Shown: positions 47,721-61,040 of the stretch, one piece after another
Layout: each line of letters begins with the position of its first letter
Position numbering within the stretch: position 1 is the stretch's first letter
Assembly (NCBI RefSeq): GCF_000143415.4
Contig: NW_003314399.1
Location: forward strand, 1-64,000
Direction: 5' to 3'
Length of the DNA: 64,000 nucleotides
Source: Selaginella moellendorffii
Lineage: Eukaryota; Plantae; Lycopodiophyta
Notes under the pieces: generated by a model
What the model saw: only the letters and a program-made list of their open reading frames with translations
Database searches by the model: none
What the model was told of the DNA's origin: nothing
Made by a program: the position numbers and the translations under genes

Positions 47721-49930
47721 ATGGTGCTGTTATTGCTATTGCTCCTTTTCCCTGTGATTCTCATAAGCATGAGGTATGAGCTTCCACCTGATTGGTATTA
47801 TCGACGGCAGGCAACAATTATTCGGTTTTTATGAACACCACAGAAGGCCTTGAGGCCAGGGACAAAGATATTGTCAGTGACAATGGGAATTTCTCACTTG
47901 TATCCTTTATACTTCGGAAACTATTTTGCCCTTGGCGTAGTGTTGGAAAATGCAGCTTCCCTAGTGTTACAAAACTCTGGTGGCAATGTTTCGATTTTCC
48001 CTCATAATTTCTCCTCCCAGCCCAGATTTTCACAACAGGGATGGGCCTAATTAGGAATGACTATGAGACTCAAGCTATTGTCCAAGACGAGGGACTGTTT
48101 TGGATTTCTTCTACTAAACTTCTACAAGAAGGACACTTCCAACACCAAGCAAATCAAGCATGGTGATTTACTTCTACATGTAAGCTCTACCTCAACTTTT
48201 CTTCTGTACACTGGCAGTAATTTGACCCTCTCCAATCATTATCATTAAAATGAATCAAGTACTCAATTTCCAACCCAAGATGCATCAGGAGGGGCAACAG
48301 GCAGGTCAGTGAAGTCCAGGGCAGGGACAGAAGGCTTGGTGGCAGAAGACCTGGAGAAGTTCAGCCAACTAATGCTTCATGAGATCATCAAAACAGTTTA
48401 CTATAATCCATTGGTCTCATACCACAAGACCTTGTGAACAGTTAATGAATGAATGAATGAATTTGATTCAAATGGGAGCATCACATCTTCCAAGTATGAA
48501 GAAATCAATGGAGAAAAAATATTCAGCTAACGGACTATACAAACTAGATCAAATCATGGCCAGGAAATCCTGCATGTAAGGATTGTTCTCCATATGAGAT
48601 CTGCAATACCCACAATGGAAGCTGAAGCTGCTTGAAGGGTGATAACTTTGTCTATCTAATTTTGATTTAAGTTCTTGCTCCAATTTTGAGTTCTCCCAAC
48701 ACTACATTGTGATGAAACACAAGTTTCCTGGTATTGGATATTATAGAACTGAATTCATGCAACCCAACCAAAGGAATTCCTCTCTAGACAACTGCACTAA
48801 AGCCTGCTTTTCTATGAATTGTAGCAGCTGTATGTCACTTATTTTCAATGGCGATACCAAGGACTGCTTCTTCATTGACTATGATATATATGGGAGTTTC
48901 TACAGAGATGACACTTATCATCAAAACTCTGAAGCCTCACCATCCACTGACACTTTATATTATAACTCTTACCATGAGTTGCATTTTGATAGTCCTCTGC
49001 TTTCTAGCGGTATGTGCTCTTTCGTTTCATGAGTGCAAGCTCAAGTTCAATCCGGCAAAGGAGATTGAAGCATTGCTGGCTAGTATGCAAGGCCGGTTGC
49101 CCCAGAGATTCTCATATACTGCATTGGATACTGCAACAGAAGGATATAGCACAAAGCTGGGATCTGTTACAAATAGGGGTTTTGAGCGATGGTAGAGTTG
49201 TGGCAGTCAAGAAGCTCGACTACAGTGGAACTCAAGGGGCAAAACAATTTGTGAAAACCGAGATTGCTGGAACTGGAGGCATAAACATTGTCAAACTTTG
49301 TGGCTTTTGCATCGAAGGAGCAACACAGTGGCTGCTGGTGTACGAATTTATGCCCAATGGATCACTCGACAAATGGCTTTTCGAGCAAACTTCAGAGAAT
49401 TTATGGCTCAGTTGGCAGCAGAGGATCGACATTGCCCTTGGCACGGCTCAAGGACTTGCGTATCTTCACGAGGAATGCAGGGAGCCCATACTGCACTTGG
49501 ACAGCCGGGAGCCCCAAAACATTCTGCTGGACACAGAGTTTGTCGCAAAGGTGGCGGACTTCGGGATGGCCAAGCTGCTTGAGAATTGCAATGAGACGCA
49601 GGTCATGACGATAATAGGTGGCACTCCAGGCTACATGGCTCCCGAATGGCTCACACATTTCATGGCTACAAAGAGATGCGACGTTTACAGCTATGGAAAG
49701 GTGCTTTTGGAACTAATTGGGGGTCGCAGGAACATTGATCTCTCAAAGGCTGTGAACTCTGGGGACAACACTCAGCCGGAGGAGAGCCGGTTTTTTCCAA
49801 CTTGGGGAACCAGGTGGAGAAGGGAAACTTTCTCGATGTGATTGATGAGAGGGTGAGAGCAAGTGCCAGTGAAAACTATCACCAGGCCAAGAAAATGGTT
49901 CCTCTTGCACTGGTGCATTCAAGACAATGT
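47721..49930 (+). pseudogene. G-type lectin S-domain receptor-like kinase pseudogene
   Basis: Signal peptide MVLLLLLLLFP, B-lectin remnant (IVSDNGNFSL), PAN-like cysteines, TM, LPQRFSY, and kinase motifs VAVKKL, DFG, GTPGYMAPEW. Many frameshifts and stops; the Gly-rich loop is deleted and the catalytic loop altered (HLDSREPQN). Confidence 0.85.
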
Positions 49931-50127
49931 TGATGCTTAGCAGAAGTGTTGCAAGGGCATTTGGATTTGGGTTCTGCTCCTTTGATAGCAAAAGTGGCAT
50001 TTTGTTATATGTTTGAGATTATATAAACATATTATGTAATACAAAAGTTGTGGTGATGAAGACTGAAAGTCATTCTAACTATATAAATGCAGCCACATAT
50101 TTAAAGCAGAAATTACCTCCAAAACAA

Positions 50128-50200
50128 GTGCTTGGTCACATGGTGAATTCAAGCTTAAGGAGCTCTTCGAGATTGGACCAATTGTGGAGACCCTTCTCCC
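50128..50200 (-). pseudogene. Fragment of the OVATE domain, copied from the OFP gene
   Basis: Matches 45305-45397 with deletions (GAATTCAAGC, GAGCTC.TCGAGAT, TGGAGACCCTTCTCCC). Confidence 0.7.
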
Positions 50201-50309
50201 AAACACTGGACCTGTGAGATAAAAAGAGGTCCAGCCTCTGGGACAAGTGGTGCAAGTTTGTTAGCTAAAAAGTAACGAATTATCTTGTATTTATCTATCT
50301 TCCAAATCT

Positions 50310-50375
50310 GCTTTCATAGCTCAGTTTGTTAGAGCACTTGTTTAGTAAGTGGGAGGTCTTGAGTTCAACTCTTAG
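50310..50375 (+). tRNA. tRNA-Thr(AGU) pseudogene, 3'-truncated
   Basis: GCTTTCATAGCTCAGTTTGTTAGAGCACTTGTTTAGTAAGTGGGAGGTCTTGAGTTCAACTCT has A-box, AGT anticodon at 50344-50346 and B-box. It lacks the 3' acceptor strand and has a D-loop GG>TG change. Confidence 0.8.
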
Positions 50376-50426
50376 TATATTTATTTTTCCAATGGGGGTT
50401 CAGGCTTTGCTACAAAGAGCCAGTTC

Positions 50427-50500
50427 TTTTGATAGTGGCGGAGAGTGGATTCGTGGCTGCCATTTTTGATAGTGGCGGAGAGTGGATTCGTGGCTGCCAT
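50427..50500. repeat. Perfect 37-bp tandem duplication
   Basis: TTTTGATAGTGGCGGAGAGTGGATTCGTGGCTGCCAT x2. Confidence 0.9.
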
Positions 50501-50507
50501 ATATGAA

Positions 50508-51603
50508 TGTCACGAATGAATGTGATTTTGGGTATCAAAAATTACTTATCGACTAGTTCTTACAACACTCTCTTCTTACTACCACGACAGGAAAAAATTG
50601 GTATTATTAAACCTTTTATCAGTCCCTTTTGTTCAAATGTTAGTAAATTGGACTTTACATCTATATTTGGCCAAACGAACATAAGGACGGAATTCCTAAG
50701 TGTTTATTTAGCTAAGTATATTTAGCCCAGCTTATTAGTTCTCTTTTGCTCTATCTTGCATTAGTTTGACAAGAACCCTCAGGTATTGAGACTAATCCCT
50801 CAATATAACTAAATAATAGCTTATCGTATCTATCAAACACCCTCTTTATTTTATGTTAATCTTATTCTGGTCCCAAATGCTATTTATGGAAAGCATTTAG
50901 ATTTGCTCATTTGGCATATCTATGGAATGTAAAGATTGAATGATGTTCGTCCCATGTCCAAATTCACAATTTAGGGACATTCTATATTTAATTTCAAGTT
51001 TGTTCCAGAGACTAACTCCTGGTACTAAAGGTGAAAACCCAAAACATATGTTCCTCAAGGAGGGGGTGGGGGTTCCAAATGTACCAACTATATAGTAAGG
51101 GTAGTGGGTAAGTCGGGTATGGCTGACCAACATGAGATATAGTCTAGCTCCCGCTTGCATGCCTGTTTTTGTTCTGCATCTGACTTGGGTCTAAGCCTAA
51201 GTTCCATACTATACTAGTTGGTGGAGCACCCATATCCTCATGTTAGGCCACCAATATGCTAAAATAGCATCAAACTCTGTCTGGCTCCGTTTTGCATATT
51301 GGTCTTGACATTAGGATGTTGGATACTCTATGACTGTTCTAAGTCGCTTCGTACTCTTATCCCTTCGCTCCTTGGGTTGCATGCTTGAGAGTTACTCCAT
51401 GTTTTAGTATCTTCACTCCTTGGCTTCATGCTTAGGAGTTTGACACAGTTCTTTCATTTAGTGGCCTAAGGCCCTAAAACTTGGGTTCCGCACCATTGTC
51501 CTTTAGACACATGGCATGTGACATGTGGTACATGGAGGGTTTAAGTTTTGTTCCATGATGGTAAATCACTATAGGATAAAGGGTAAAAACCATGTGTGTT
51601 ACA
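50508..51603 (+). mobile_element. Family B element: ~550-bp TGTC-initiated segment, PPT (51053-51066), then LTR (51067-51603, ending TACA)
   Basis: The first half matches 8171-8712; the second half is the reverse complement of 13202-13748 and 8900-9458. Confidence 0.75.
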
Positions 51604-51896
51604 ATAGGGCATCACTGAGCCATCGAAACAATCACCTACTCATCCTCGTTTCCATCTTGCCAGCAACAGCAAAAGCTAAAGCCTAACAATGGCAATGGTG
51701 GATTTAAGAAAAATGTAGCTCTAGCCTCTCTAGCTTTGCTATGATCTTGCTGGTGGTGGTGAATTTGGAGGCTTCATCCTCATGGTGATAAAGTCAGCCT
51801 CACAACACCAGTAAGCTGGCTCAGCCCCAACAAAAAGTACATGGAGTTGTCAACTAAGGGACATGCCAAATCATCTCTCAAAGAAAAAAAAAAGAG

Positions 51897-51970
51897 TTTT
51901 CCATTTGCCTTGCAGGCAGGGACAAGGTTGACCACCCACTCTGAGTTCTCCAAAGGGTAAATAAAGTTAC
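51897..51970 (-). mobile_element. Isolated ~75-bp reverse transcriptase fragment of the Tat family
   Basis: FIYPLENSEWVVNLVPACKANGKL closely matches FIYPLESSEWVANLVPARKANGKL at ~63300-63372. Confidence 0.75.
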
Positions 51971-52510
51971 ATGTTAAGTTTTCCAACATTGATCTCATGG
52001 ATCAGCACAGCAAAAGGACTCTCAATGGCAAGGATCCTTTTTCAAGTTTGTCATTCTTCGGACTAGTGGGGTTTTCATGAAAGACCAGCTTGAGTTGGAG
52101 CTGGAGAACCTCATCAACTATGGCATGTTCCAGACCATGGAGATGGAAGGCATCACTCAGGCTGATGAGACTATGAAGATCAACATTAACTTTGTTGAGA
52201 GCCTGGGAAGCAAGAAGAATAGTACAAGAAGTGGGTGAGGAAAGCTAGGAAGTGCATGCTACCGAGAAGGATCAAGCAAGAAATTTCAGGCTGGCTGTCC
52301 ATCGAGTCTCGTGTCATTGCGAGAATGCTGCAGAGAATTCGAGAGAGAATGCAGAAGTGGTATCACGATATGCATGTGTTCAAGTCGTCAACTTCTTCCT
52401 TTTAGTATGCAGCACAAAATAGGGCTTATAGCATATTCTCTTAAAGAATTTCTGCTCTTGAATTTCTATTCATGGGTTTCTGTTCCAATTCTTCCTGTTG
52501 CTCTTCCTCG

Positions 52511-52768
52511 TAGGAGGAGGAAGTGAGCAACGGTCGAGCTAGTATCAGAAGCTTCGGGTGACAGCAGCAAGCAAGCAAGATGGAGCTGGCACTAGCAGCA
52601 CCAGCAGTAGCAGCGGCGGAGGGGCCTACCATTTCACAATCAGGGGATAATTTGCTGCCCAAATCTGGAGCAGCATTACTGCAGAGGATGGGAGTCTTGG
52701 ACAAAGATAAGGAGATTAGCACTAACTCTAGTCCAACAAGGTCTCTGATAGAGAACCATCTCAGGACA
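52511..52768 (+). pseudogene. 5' fragment of the OFP gene, inverted relative to the intact gene
   Basis: Matches the reverse complement of 45842-46125 (PKSGAAL.QRMGV.DKDKEIS...SLIENHLR) with frameshifts and CpG>TpG decay. Confidence 0.85.
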
Positions 52769-52949
52769 TCATTTGTATGTCTGTGATGTCCCTTTCCATT
52801 ACTTCATAGACTATTTCATTCATATTGGTTCTTAGTAGCTTTATGCACAGCAGCTTAGTGATAGTGATCCAAAGTGGGAATTTTGTTCCCAATACTATAT
52901 TGTGAACAAGCTTGATTTTCTTTTTTCTTTTATTCTTTTAAAATTTGTG

Positions 52950-54560
52950 TTGTATGTCAATTAACCCAAAAACCCTAGCTTATATACAGGAGTGAGTGGT
53001 CTGGATTGAAACCACTCCGACAGCTACCAAAATCCCACTATACTAATATTAGTATATGGCATCGTAGCTATACACTTAGACCTCACATCATCCTCTTCTC
53101 TCGGAATAATGGAAGACCATCAGGGTGGGATTTAGAGGAACATTAAGAGGAGGCATTGGTGGATATGTAAGTGGTACCAATTGTTCCTAATCACTTTGTA
53201 CGAAGTGTTTCAACCACTGTATATGCATAATTTCTAGAGGATTGGCTTGCTAGATGTTATGCCGAACCTCATAAACTTGCGGTCCAACTTACTGCAACAT
53301 CCAATACGGTCCTTTCCACTGAGCAAAGAGCCTTTAGATAAACTACATACTGTAAAATGGGGAAAATAGACTAACACCAACTTATCCACTTTATACTCCA
53401 TATGTGGACAATAATGGGAGTTGTAGCGGCATTGTTGTCCCACTTTTACGTGGCCCAAGTGTTCAGTAAACTCTATTTGGACAAGTGAAAGAATGCTTGT
53501 CAAATATTGATCCTACAACCTAACATCGGTAACTCGTGGTAATTGTGAAGTTAAACTCAACTCCGTTGGTAATATTAGATCATGACCATATAAGAGTTTA
53601 TATGGTGAAGCACCAATAGAACTCTGCACCTTTATGACATATGCATGCCGAAGAAATAGTAAATAACCATCCCAATCCGAATGTTGAAAGTTTACATACT
53701 TTATGATCATCCCTTTGAATATCTGAATGAGCTGTTCCACCAAATTATATGTTTGTGGATGATAAGCACTCATGAAAGCATGGCATATCCTCAATCAAGA
53801 TGTCAAAACATGAAATGCCTTAGCCATAAATGTGGGACCATTATTTGAAAGAATCTGCTCTAGATAAGAATGCTAGAACACCACACAATTAAGAAGGAAG
53901 TACCTAATAACAATTGTAAAGGCACTAGCAAGAGCATGAACTTCCACTCAGCGAGTCAAGTAGTCAAAAGTAATAATAACATACTTATTGCCAACAGTCG
54001 ATCGTGGAAAAGCTCCCATAAGATCAAATACCACCAACTCAAATAAATGAGAAATTGCAATTGACTCCAACCATCTTTTTGTGGCATGAGGGGGAGTATT
54101 ATGAGCATGGCACCAAATGTAACTATGCACATACCAGATTACATCATGTTGCATTTTCGGCCAATAGAAAGACTTGTGCAGCTTCTTGGTCACACGATGA
54201 TGTCCCATATTCCCACTTAGAATAGGAGAATCATAGTAGGTATGGAGAAACCATGGAATAAATATTAAAGGCACCACTAGTTGTAAATGATCATCATGAT
54301 TTGTCCCTACAAAATAAATAAGGTCGTCTTCAAAACGATATTGAGAATGTAAATGTCGGAATGACAAGTTATTAGCAAGTGATGCAGGATTTTTAAACCC
54401 ATCTCAAACCTTCGAGTCCATGGCTCAATCTTTTGAGCCTCACGAACCTCATCAAGAGAAGGTAAATCTTGTTTTACATCTTGTGGACACTAAATGTCAA
54501 ATACAATAACTTGCTAAACACTCCTTCTTTATCGTGGAGTGATTTGCCTTCGTTAGTTGT
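52950..54560 (-). mobile_element. Decayed Ty3/gypsy integrase region with PPT and short LTR-like end
   Basis: Integrase remnants FYWPKMQHDV...C, DLMGAFPRS..GNKY, SAYHPQT and SPYKLLYG; purine tract at ~53089-53105 followed by TGTGAGG. Confidence 0.8.
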
Positions 54561-54626
54561 AATGTACAGTTTATATATACAATGAGATGGTGCTAACCAA
54601 GCACAGTTTGGGGTTTTGAGAAACTT

Positions 54627-56590
54627 CAAGAGGCCGTGCTCCCAGTGGAGATCCAGGTGCCATCACTCTCACTTTCACTTTGATATGCAACAGCGATGCA
54701 GCTTAGCGATGAGGACAAGCTTCATGCACGTGACTTGGAGGTTCTTGCCTTGGAAGAACAGCGACAATCCATGACTGAACATCTCCTTTGAGGCAAGTAG
54801 AAGATCAAGTCAGTCATCGATCACCAGCGGTCTGCCGAACCATTCGAGGATGGCGATCTCGTTCTACTCAAGGAGTTCACGCCACCTTCGAAGTTCTCCC
54901 CTCGCTGGACCGGCCCCTACTTTGTCCAGCGACACATCGGAGGTGGAGCATATATGCTAGTTGATGCTGATGGACATGAGCTCCCACACGCTCACAATCA
55001 CTCTCATCTCAAACGCTTCATCCGGTGAGGTGTTCCTCTTCTCTTCTTTTTCTTTTTCTTTCTCTTCCTTTCTTTCACTTTACTTTCGTGGCTACTTTTC
55101 TTACTTTTAGAGGATGTTTCTCCATTGGACAATGGCCCATGCCTTGGATTTCGTGCTCAGGCTACATTGCCGTTTGTATGGAGGTTCCTTGCTTGGCTTA
55201 GTCTATGTTCCAGGTTCTTTGGCCCTTCCCTTACCATTACTACACCCCACACATTCTCCTCACTCATTCCATATCATCTACACTCACAATTCCATTACCA
55301 ATCACTTCCAACAGTGTTGCCCAGACTTATCTCTAGATGCCCATCTTGCATCTTTCATTCTTTCACCATCACCTCACATCTCCATTTGAGGTCACGTTTA
55401 CACCATACCACAGACACACATACGTGCACTAGCAGCAAAAGACACCACCTCATTTGGACGTGCCGTTTCTGAGATGTCCTTATGACCATTTGCCGACGAT
55501 GCACTAGCTTTTCTGGAGCGACTTTCTTCCAACTAGGTGAACCTGTTCACCTAGGTGGATCTTTAGGCGAGGCCACAGAAGCCAAAGCCACTTTCTTCTG
55601 CTCCAGCACTCAGTGGACACATGCCACCTCCCTTCACCGGCAACCCAGCGACTACGCCGTCCTTTTCAGCTGCTATCTTCTTCAGTCCGACACATCAGAC
55701 TGGCCACCTTCTCAGAGTGCCACCCCATCTCAGTGCTCCGCCGTATCACTCCACCATATCGGTGCTGGAGCAAGCGCAGGAGTAGGAGCGAGAGTAGGTG
55801 GTTACCGGTTACTGATTACAAGTACTCGGCTACTGGTTACCGATTACCGGCTACTCCGAGTGGTCAGTGCTTACTCTACGGGCCAACGGTTATCAATGGC
55901 TACCACTTCAGAGTGCCACCACCATCTCGGCGCTCCACCATATCACTCCATCTTTCATCATTTCCTCACTTACCACCCTTGGGCAACGCATCCCCTCTTC
56001 TACCTCTCTTTCTTTCTCAATTTCGGCCAATCCTTGGAGCATACCGGAAGTCATCAAGAGGCTGCATTTGCATATTACACTTTCCTGAGCCGAAATCCAG
56101 GTACGGGTTAAGTTCTTTGGGTACTCACACTCTTTTTCCCCTATTTTTCCTCCTCTTTTCACACTTTTTCTTCACTTTTTCTTCAACTTCAGGGTCCAGT
56201 TTGACTATAGGGTTTCCCACCGGGTTTTCTCCCTGTTTCCAAACTTCACACCTACCTCTTTTCTTTCTTTTCCACTTTGTTTTCTAGAGTTTCTACTATT
56301 TCACGCAGCTACCAGCACTCGGCATCAGTAGCAGCAGTACACTCTACACTCTTCAGAGGGTTCACGTGCGTCTGGAGCCAACACGATCCACCGTGGTCGC
56401 ATGTTAGGGCGTAGCCACCGAGAGAGTGAGAGAGAGAGAGGGAATATTCTGGTCCTCAGAATATTCCCCATCTTCCTTGTATAAAACCCTTGCCTCACAA
56501 GGGCAAGGGGGGGCATTTTTGCAGAGAGCAGTGAAGCATTTCTCGTGTTTGAGCGAGCGTTGGGGGAGGCACCCCTCCTTCCCCCAACAG
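54627..56590 (+). mobile_element. 3' part of a Tat-like gypsy element (integrase C-terminus to 55028, then long 3' non-coding region)
   Basis: QEAVLPVEIQVPSL...GDLVLL...KFSPRWTGPY...AYML...HLKRF* (GPY/F module). Confidence 0.8.
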
Positions 56591-56599
56591 AACCTCACA

Positions 56600-59500
56600 A
56601 GGACCTTGTCCTTGTTTTATCCATAAGATCACCTAGTAATCTCACCATGGCAACTTAATAGATTTGCTAATAGGTACTAGGTCTTCTAGACTTTTAAGTT
56701 GTTGACCATGACCCTAGGGGCATCCCCCACACTTGGCGGTGCACCCAAGTCAACCCTTTCGGCTAAGGGTCCATAGCAATTGAAACTAGGTGTCCCCATC
56801 TCATTCACTACGTCCTTAGTGCCACTTGCACTAAAGTGTTCAAGTTAGATATGCCGAGTTTTCACACTAAGCAATTTAACCGTGCATCACAACTCTGGAG
56901 CATCCCCTGCTTAGCGGTGTGCCCAAGCTAGTCTCCTTACTAAGAGTCTATAACCACCAAAAAATGAGTGTCCTCATATTCCAAACCGTCACTATGCCTT
57001 AGTGAGTTGGGACTCGAACCCAAGCACTAGAGGGTCGGGACTCAAACCTAACCTCCGTATATGCATCTATAGATGGCATCATCCAAGATGCTTGGCATGA
57101 TTCCTCACGCCAGTGCACCATCTTATACTTAAAGTGTGTTACAAATCACAACTTAGGAACTTAGTTCCTCCACACTGCCAAGTCCTCTCACTTGACAAAT
57201 CTGTAATCATGCATAGACTCCTCTATGCTTGGCCTCATGGGCCGCCCCTTTTGAAGTTAGCACTTTCAACTAAGGTATTTGTTCCCCCAACTTGCCAATC
57301 TCACCTAGTAAGTCATCCAACCACTGTAACATAGTTCATGCATAAGCGTGAAAGTCCTTAACCATTGACTTTCGTTCAAAGCCCTCTCTTTGAACACTCG
57401 GGAACTACTTCCCTAATCTTGATAGCCTTGCCTCATGGCAAGTTTCAAGATCGCGCTTTTGTTGTGCCACTTTGATTTCACGTACACTATGAACCATTTA
57501 CCTTTGGCTTTCTAGGTATTTATCTACCTAGAATTGTCTTTGGGAACCTTCAAGGAACTTTTTGCTAAGGCCTCTCCTTTTTACAAGCTTTTTAATTACC
57601 ATATAGTCTAACATGGATAATTCTATATTTTAAACTCTCCATGGTATCACGGTTGCTAATAACAACTTGCTCAAGCCCCCACTTGATTTTTCACTCCTAA
57701 CTTGCATAACCACCCTTGGTTATGCCCTTTGATTCCTATAGTTCAGTTCTATCCCTTTACTACTTGCTTTTTGGCCTCATATGTTTCCTTGTGATATTCT
57801 CCTCTAGACTAAAAGGATAGCTTTGCATTTTCTACCATGTTTTAGCAAATATTCATAGGGATGAACTTACCTGATAGCCTAGGGAGTGGTTCCTCAATCC
57901 GGGTATGCTCACCTTGTAATCTCACACATCGGGATTAATATTGCTACTTATGGGCTTTTATATGCCCATCACTAGTCTTGTCAAAATTCTTTTTTGGCTT
58001 TATCCAATTCGGGTAAATGGACTTTTCCCATCTCTGCAACCTTGGATGTTTGGATAACACCTCTTATCCATCATTGCTAGGGACTTAGTCCCTTGGGCCT
58101 TATTTAATGCCCTCATAACACCAAATACCACTTTCTGGTGTTTTAGAGTGTTTGGGTGTCCCAATAATGGCCTTCTTTGACAATGAGCATTCTCTTTCCA
58201 ACATTGACTTACTATATCGCAAGCAATTTATCCCTTATAAGGGTTATGTTTAACTTCCTTATCCCAATAAGGTAGTTACCTTCTACTAGTTTAATCCATT
58301 ATTTTGCACCTTTTGCTTAGTTGTCTCATAGTTTTCAAGTTCTACAACTCATTGTTGGTGCTTCCACACCTCCATTATTATTTGGTCACCACACTTTAAT
58401 TGCATATCTTCCAGCTTAAGCTATGCCATTCTCATTTCCCTTAGGATTCATTTGGGAAGGGGTTCTTATGAATCGGCCAACTTGACCTCAAGGCATCATG
58501 CTTTGGCACATTTGGTGTCTTCACACCATTAGCTCCATAAACCTACTTTCATGACACTTCTTACTTGTGTTTAGGTCTTTGCCAAGACCAATACAATTGT
58601 CTCTTATGCCAATTATTCATTAGTACTGCATCATAGAATTTAGACACAACTTTGTGTCAAAGTTGTTTTCTTCTGGGAACCTTTTTCCCACAACTTTAGC
58701 ATGGCACATTCTGCCATCAATGAGATACCCATTATTCTCATATTTGGATCTTATGATCCTCTCCATTCTTTGTGGGCAAAATGCACCTTAGTCCAAATGC
58801 TTCTACCAATCCCGTAGGATTATTCCTTGACTCTACTTGAGTCATTCAGCTTTTTGGACTTTGCTAATCTGATGACCTATAAGGTTCTACTTTTGAGGTG
58901 CCAGCTCGATACAACTTCTTGTATTCATGTCCTACTCATAAGGTTCATCTTTGCAAGTGTTACTCCAACACTTGATTATTTTTCGTTCTCTATGGGCTAC
59001 CTTTGCATCTTAAGACTATCCATCCATATGATGAGAATACCGACTCATCCTTTGAGCACACCCCCAACTCTTTGGGTTTGTTCCAGCATTTATAAAAGGG
59101 TAGCCTATCCACCACCTCACCTACAAGTTGACACATGAACTGTAGTGGAGAGCCATGTCTTCCTGACCTTCTACTCCTAAAAGATAGACCCACTCCTAGG
59201 ACCTTCCAATGCCAACACTAGTGGTGATATACTTGAGCACCAATAAAAGTCAGACTAAAGAACAGCTCTGATACCAAATTGTAAGCGACTAATTTTCCAT
59301 TCTACTTTAGTCACTTAACCAAACCTCTGACCATTTAGAGGAGTCTCATTTACAACCTCCATAAGTCCCATTTAGGACTTAGGGCTTGCTAGCCCTGAGA
59401 ATGGCATCCATGCCACTCAACCTTTGCACTTGGTCCAAGTGCTCCACGTATCTGATCCTATGATCAACACCCTAAGGTACCACTAACATATCAACCCATT

Positions 59501-60853
59501 ATGCTAAGGCCATGCCCATTCACCTTGGTCATACTAGTGGTCCGACATCACTTATATCATAGTCCCGTCTCTTACAGATTGGGCCATCCGTCCATGAGTG
59601 ATCATCTTAAATCCACTCCTTAGCATCTTTAGGATGCCTACAGATATGGGTACAACCTTCCCCAATATCCCTGTTATAGTCCCCACCAAGTCCCTTTTCT
59701 GTCCATAGCCGTGTTCACCAATACTACCACTGGGATAAGGCCCACAAGCCCGACCACTAAGTCTCATTGTTCTCTAGGACTTCCTCACCACATGACTGTA
59801 TCCTTGGTCACTATACCAGAGGACTACTATTTTTCCTTTCCACAGTCTGGGACTTTGGGACAACATTTCTGAACATTGTACCCCTACGTAAGCCTTGTGG
59901 GTACTCTCCCCGCCTTCCACCTTTGGGTGCTTTAGCCATGGGATTAGAGTGAGGTTCCATTGAGCCACGCTAAATATCCAAGTAGGTAATGCCACCCACA
60001 CTTGGACTGGGAGCATCGACCATTCGATCTCTCAGGGGAACTAGAGCTGGCTCTTGAACACTTCACCAAGCTACCCCGCTTGTCGGTCCGTATTCACTTT
60101 AGCCTTGGACTTCCCAGTGGTTATTTCATCACCCAGCACTTAGGTATAGCCTTCCTAGGCCAAACTAGCCTTTCCTGGCCAAACTGACTCCACTAGGGTC
60201 CAACCCCCACACTCTCCCTACTATACTTTTGGAACCCCTTGCAGCTTCCCCCCTTGGGGAATGATTGCTTTGGGCTTTCACCCAACAACTTGTATTAGTA
60301 TTCGGATTTGGACTTGGACTTGGACTCGGTCTTGGTCTCGGATTCGGACTTGGACTCGGTCTTGGTCTTGGTCTCGGTCTCAATTCCATCTTGGACTCCA
60401 TCTCAGGTCCATCTCGGACTCCATCTCGGACTCCATCTTGGACTCCATCTCGGGTCCATCTCAGGTCCATCTCCGACTCCATCTCGGGTCCATCTCGGAC
60501 TCCATCTCGGGTCCATCTCCAACTCCATCTCGAGTCCATCTCCAACTCCATCTCGGGTCCATTTCGGACTTTATCTTGGGTCCATCTTAGACTCCATCTT
60601 GGGTCCATCTCGGACTCTTCTACATATCATGTGTTGGTCCTCTTATGTCCTTTTTCTAGAGACTCACTAATTGCTCACTGTGTGTTCGTTCCTTAAGCAC
60701 TTCATTGGGAGTTTCACCCCCACTCTTGACTTTTCAAGTTGAAACTTTTAGTCCAAATGTGTTACGCTCATTTGGCTTCTACCTCAGCCACTACCATGTG
60801 GCATCCTTTCGGCTCCCCTGTGGGGCCTAGGGATTTTGTGTCTCACAACTACA
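56600..60853 (-). mobile_element. Family A LTR element, second copy: 5' LTR 60853-59280, tRNA-iMet PBS 59265-59276, decayed internal region, 3'-truncated
   Basis: TGTAG...TTACA LTR followed by a perfect TGGTATCAGAGC; homologous to 1801-6066. Confidence 0.85.
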
Positions 60854-60904
60854 CCATTGCAAGCGTTGTTGAAGTCATTAACGTCATCTTTTATTTAATC
60901 TATG

Positions 60905-61040
60905 AATTGTGAGCAGACATTCATGGATCTCAAAGAGCTATTGACAACTCCCTTGATTTTGGCGTATCCTAACTACACTCGACCTTTCATTTTGCATATA
61001 GATGCTTATGATATTGGTCTTGGAAATGTGTTTATGCAAG
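60905..61040 (+). mobile_element. Gypsy RT-connection/RNase H N-terminal fragment
   Basis: DLKELLTTPLILAYPNYTRPFILHIDAYDIGLGNVFMQ. Confidence 0.75.

Noticed and set aside
50310-50375. Functional tRNA-Thr gene
   Set aside because: The 3' acceptor stem is missing and conserved positions are mutated; kept as a pseudogene.
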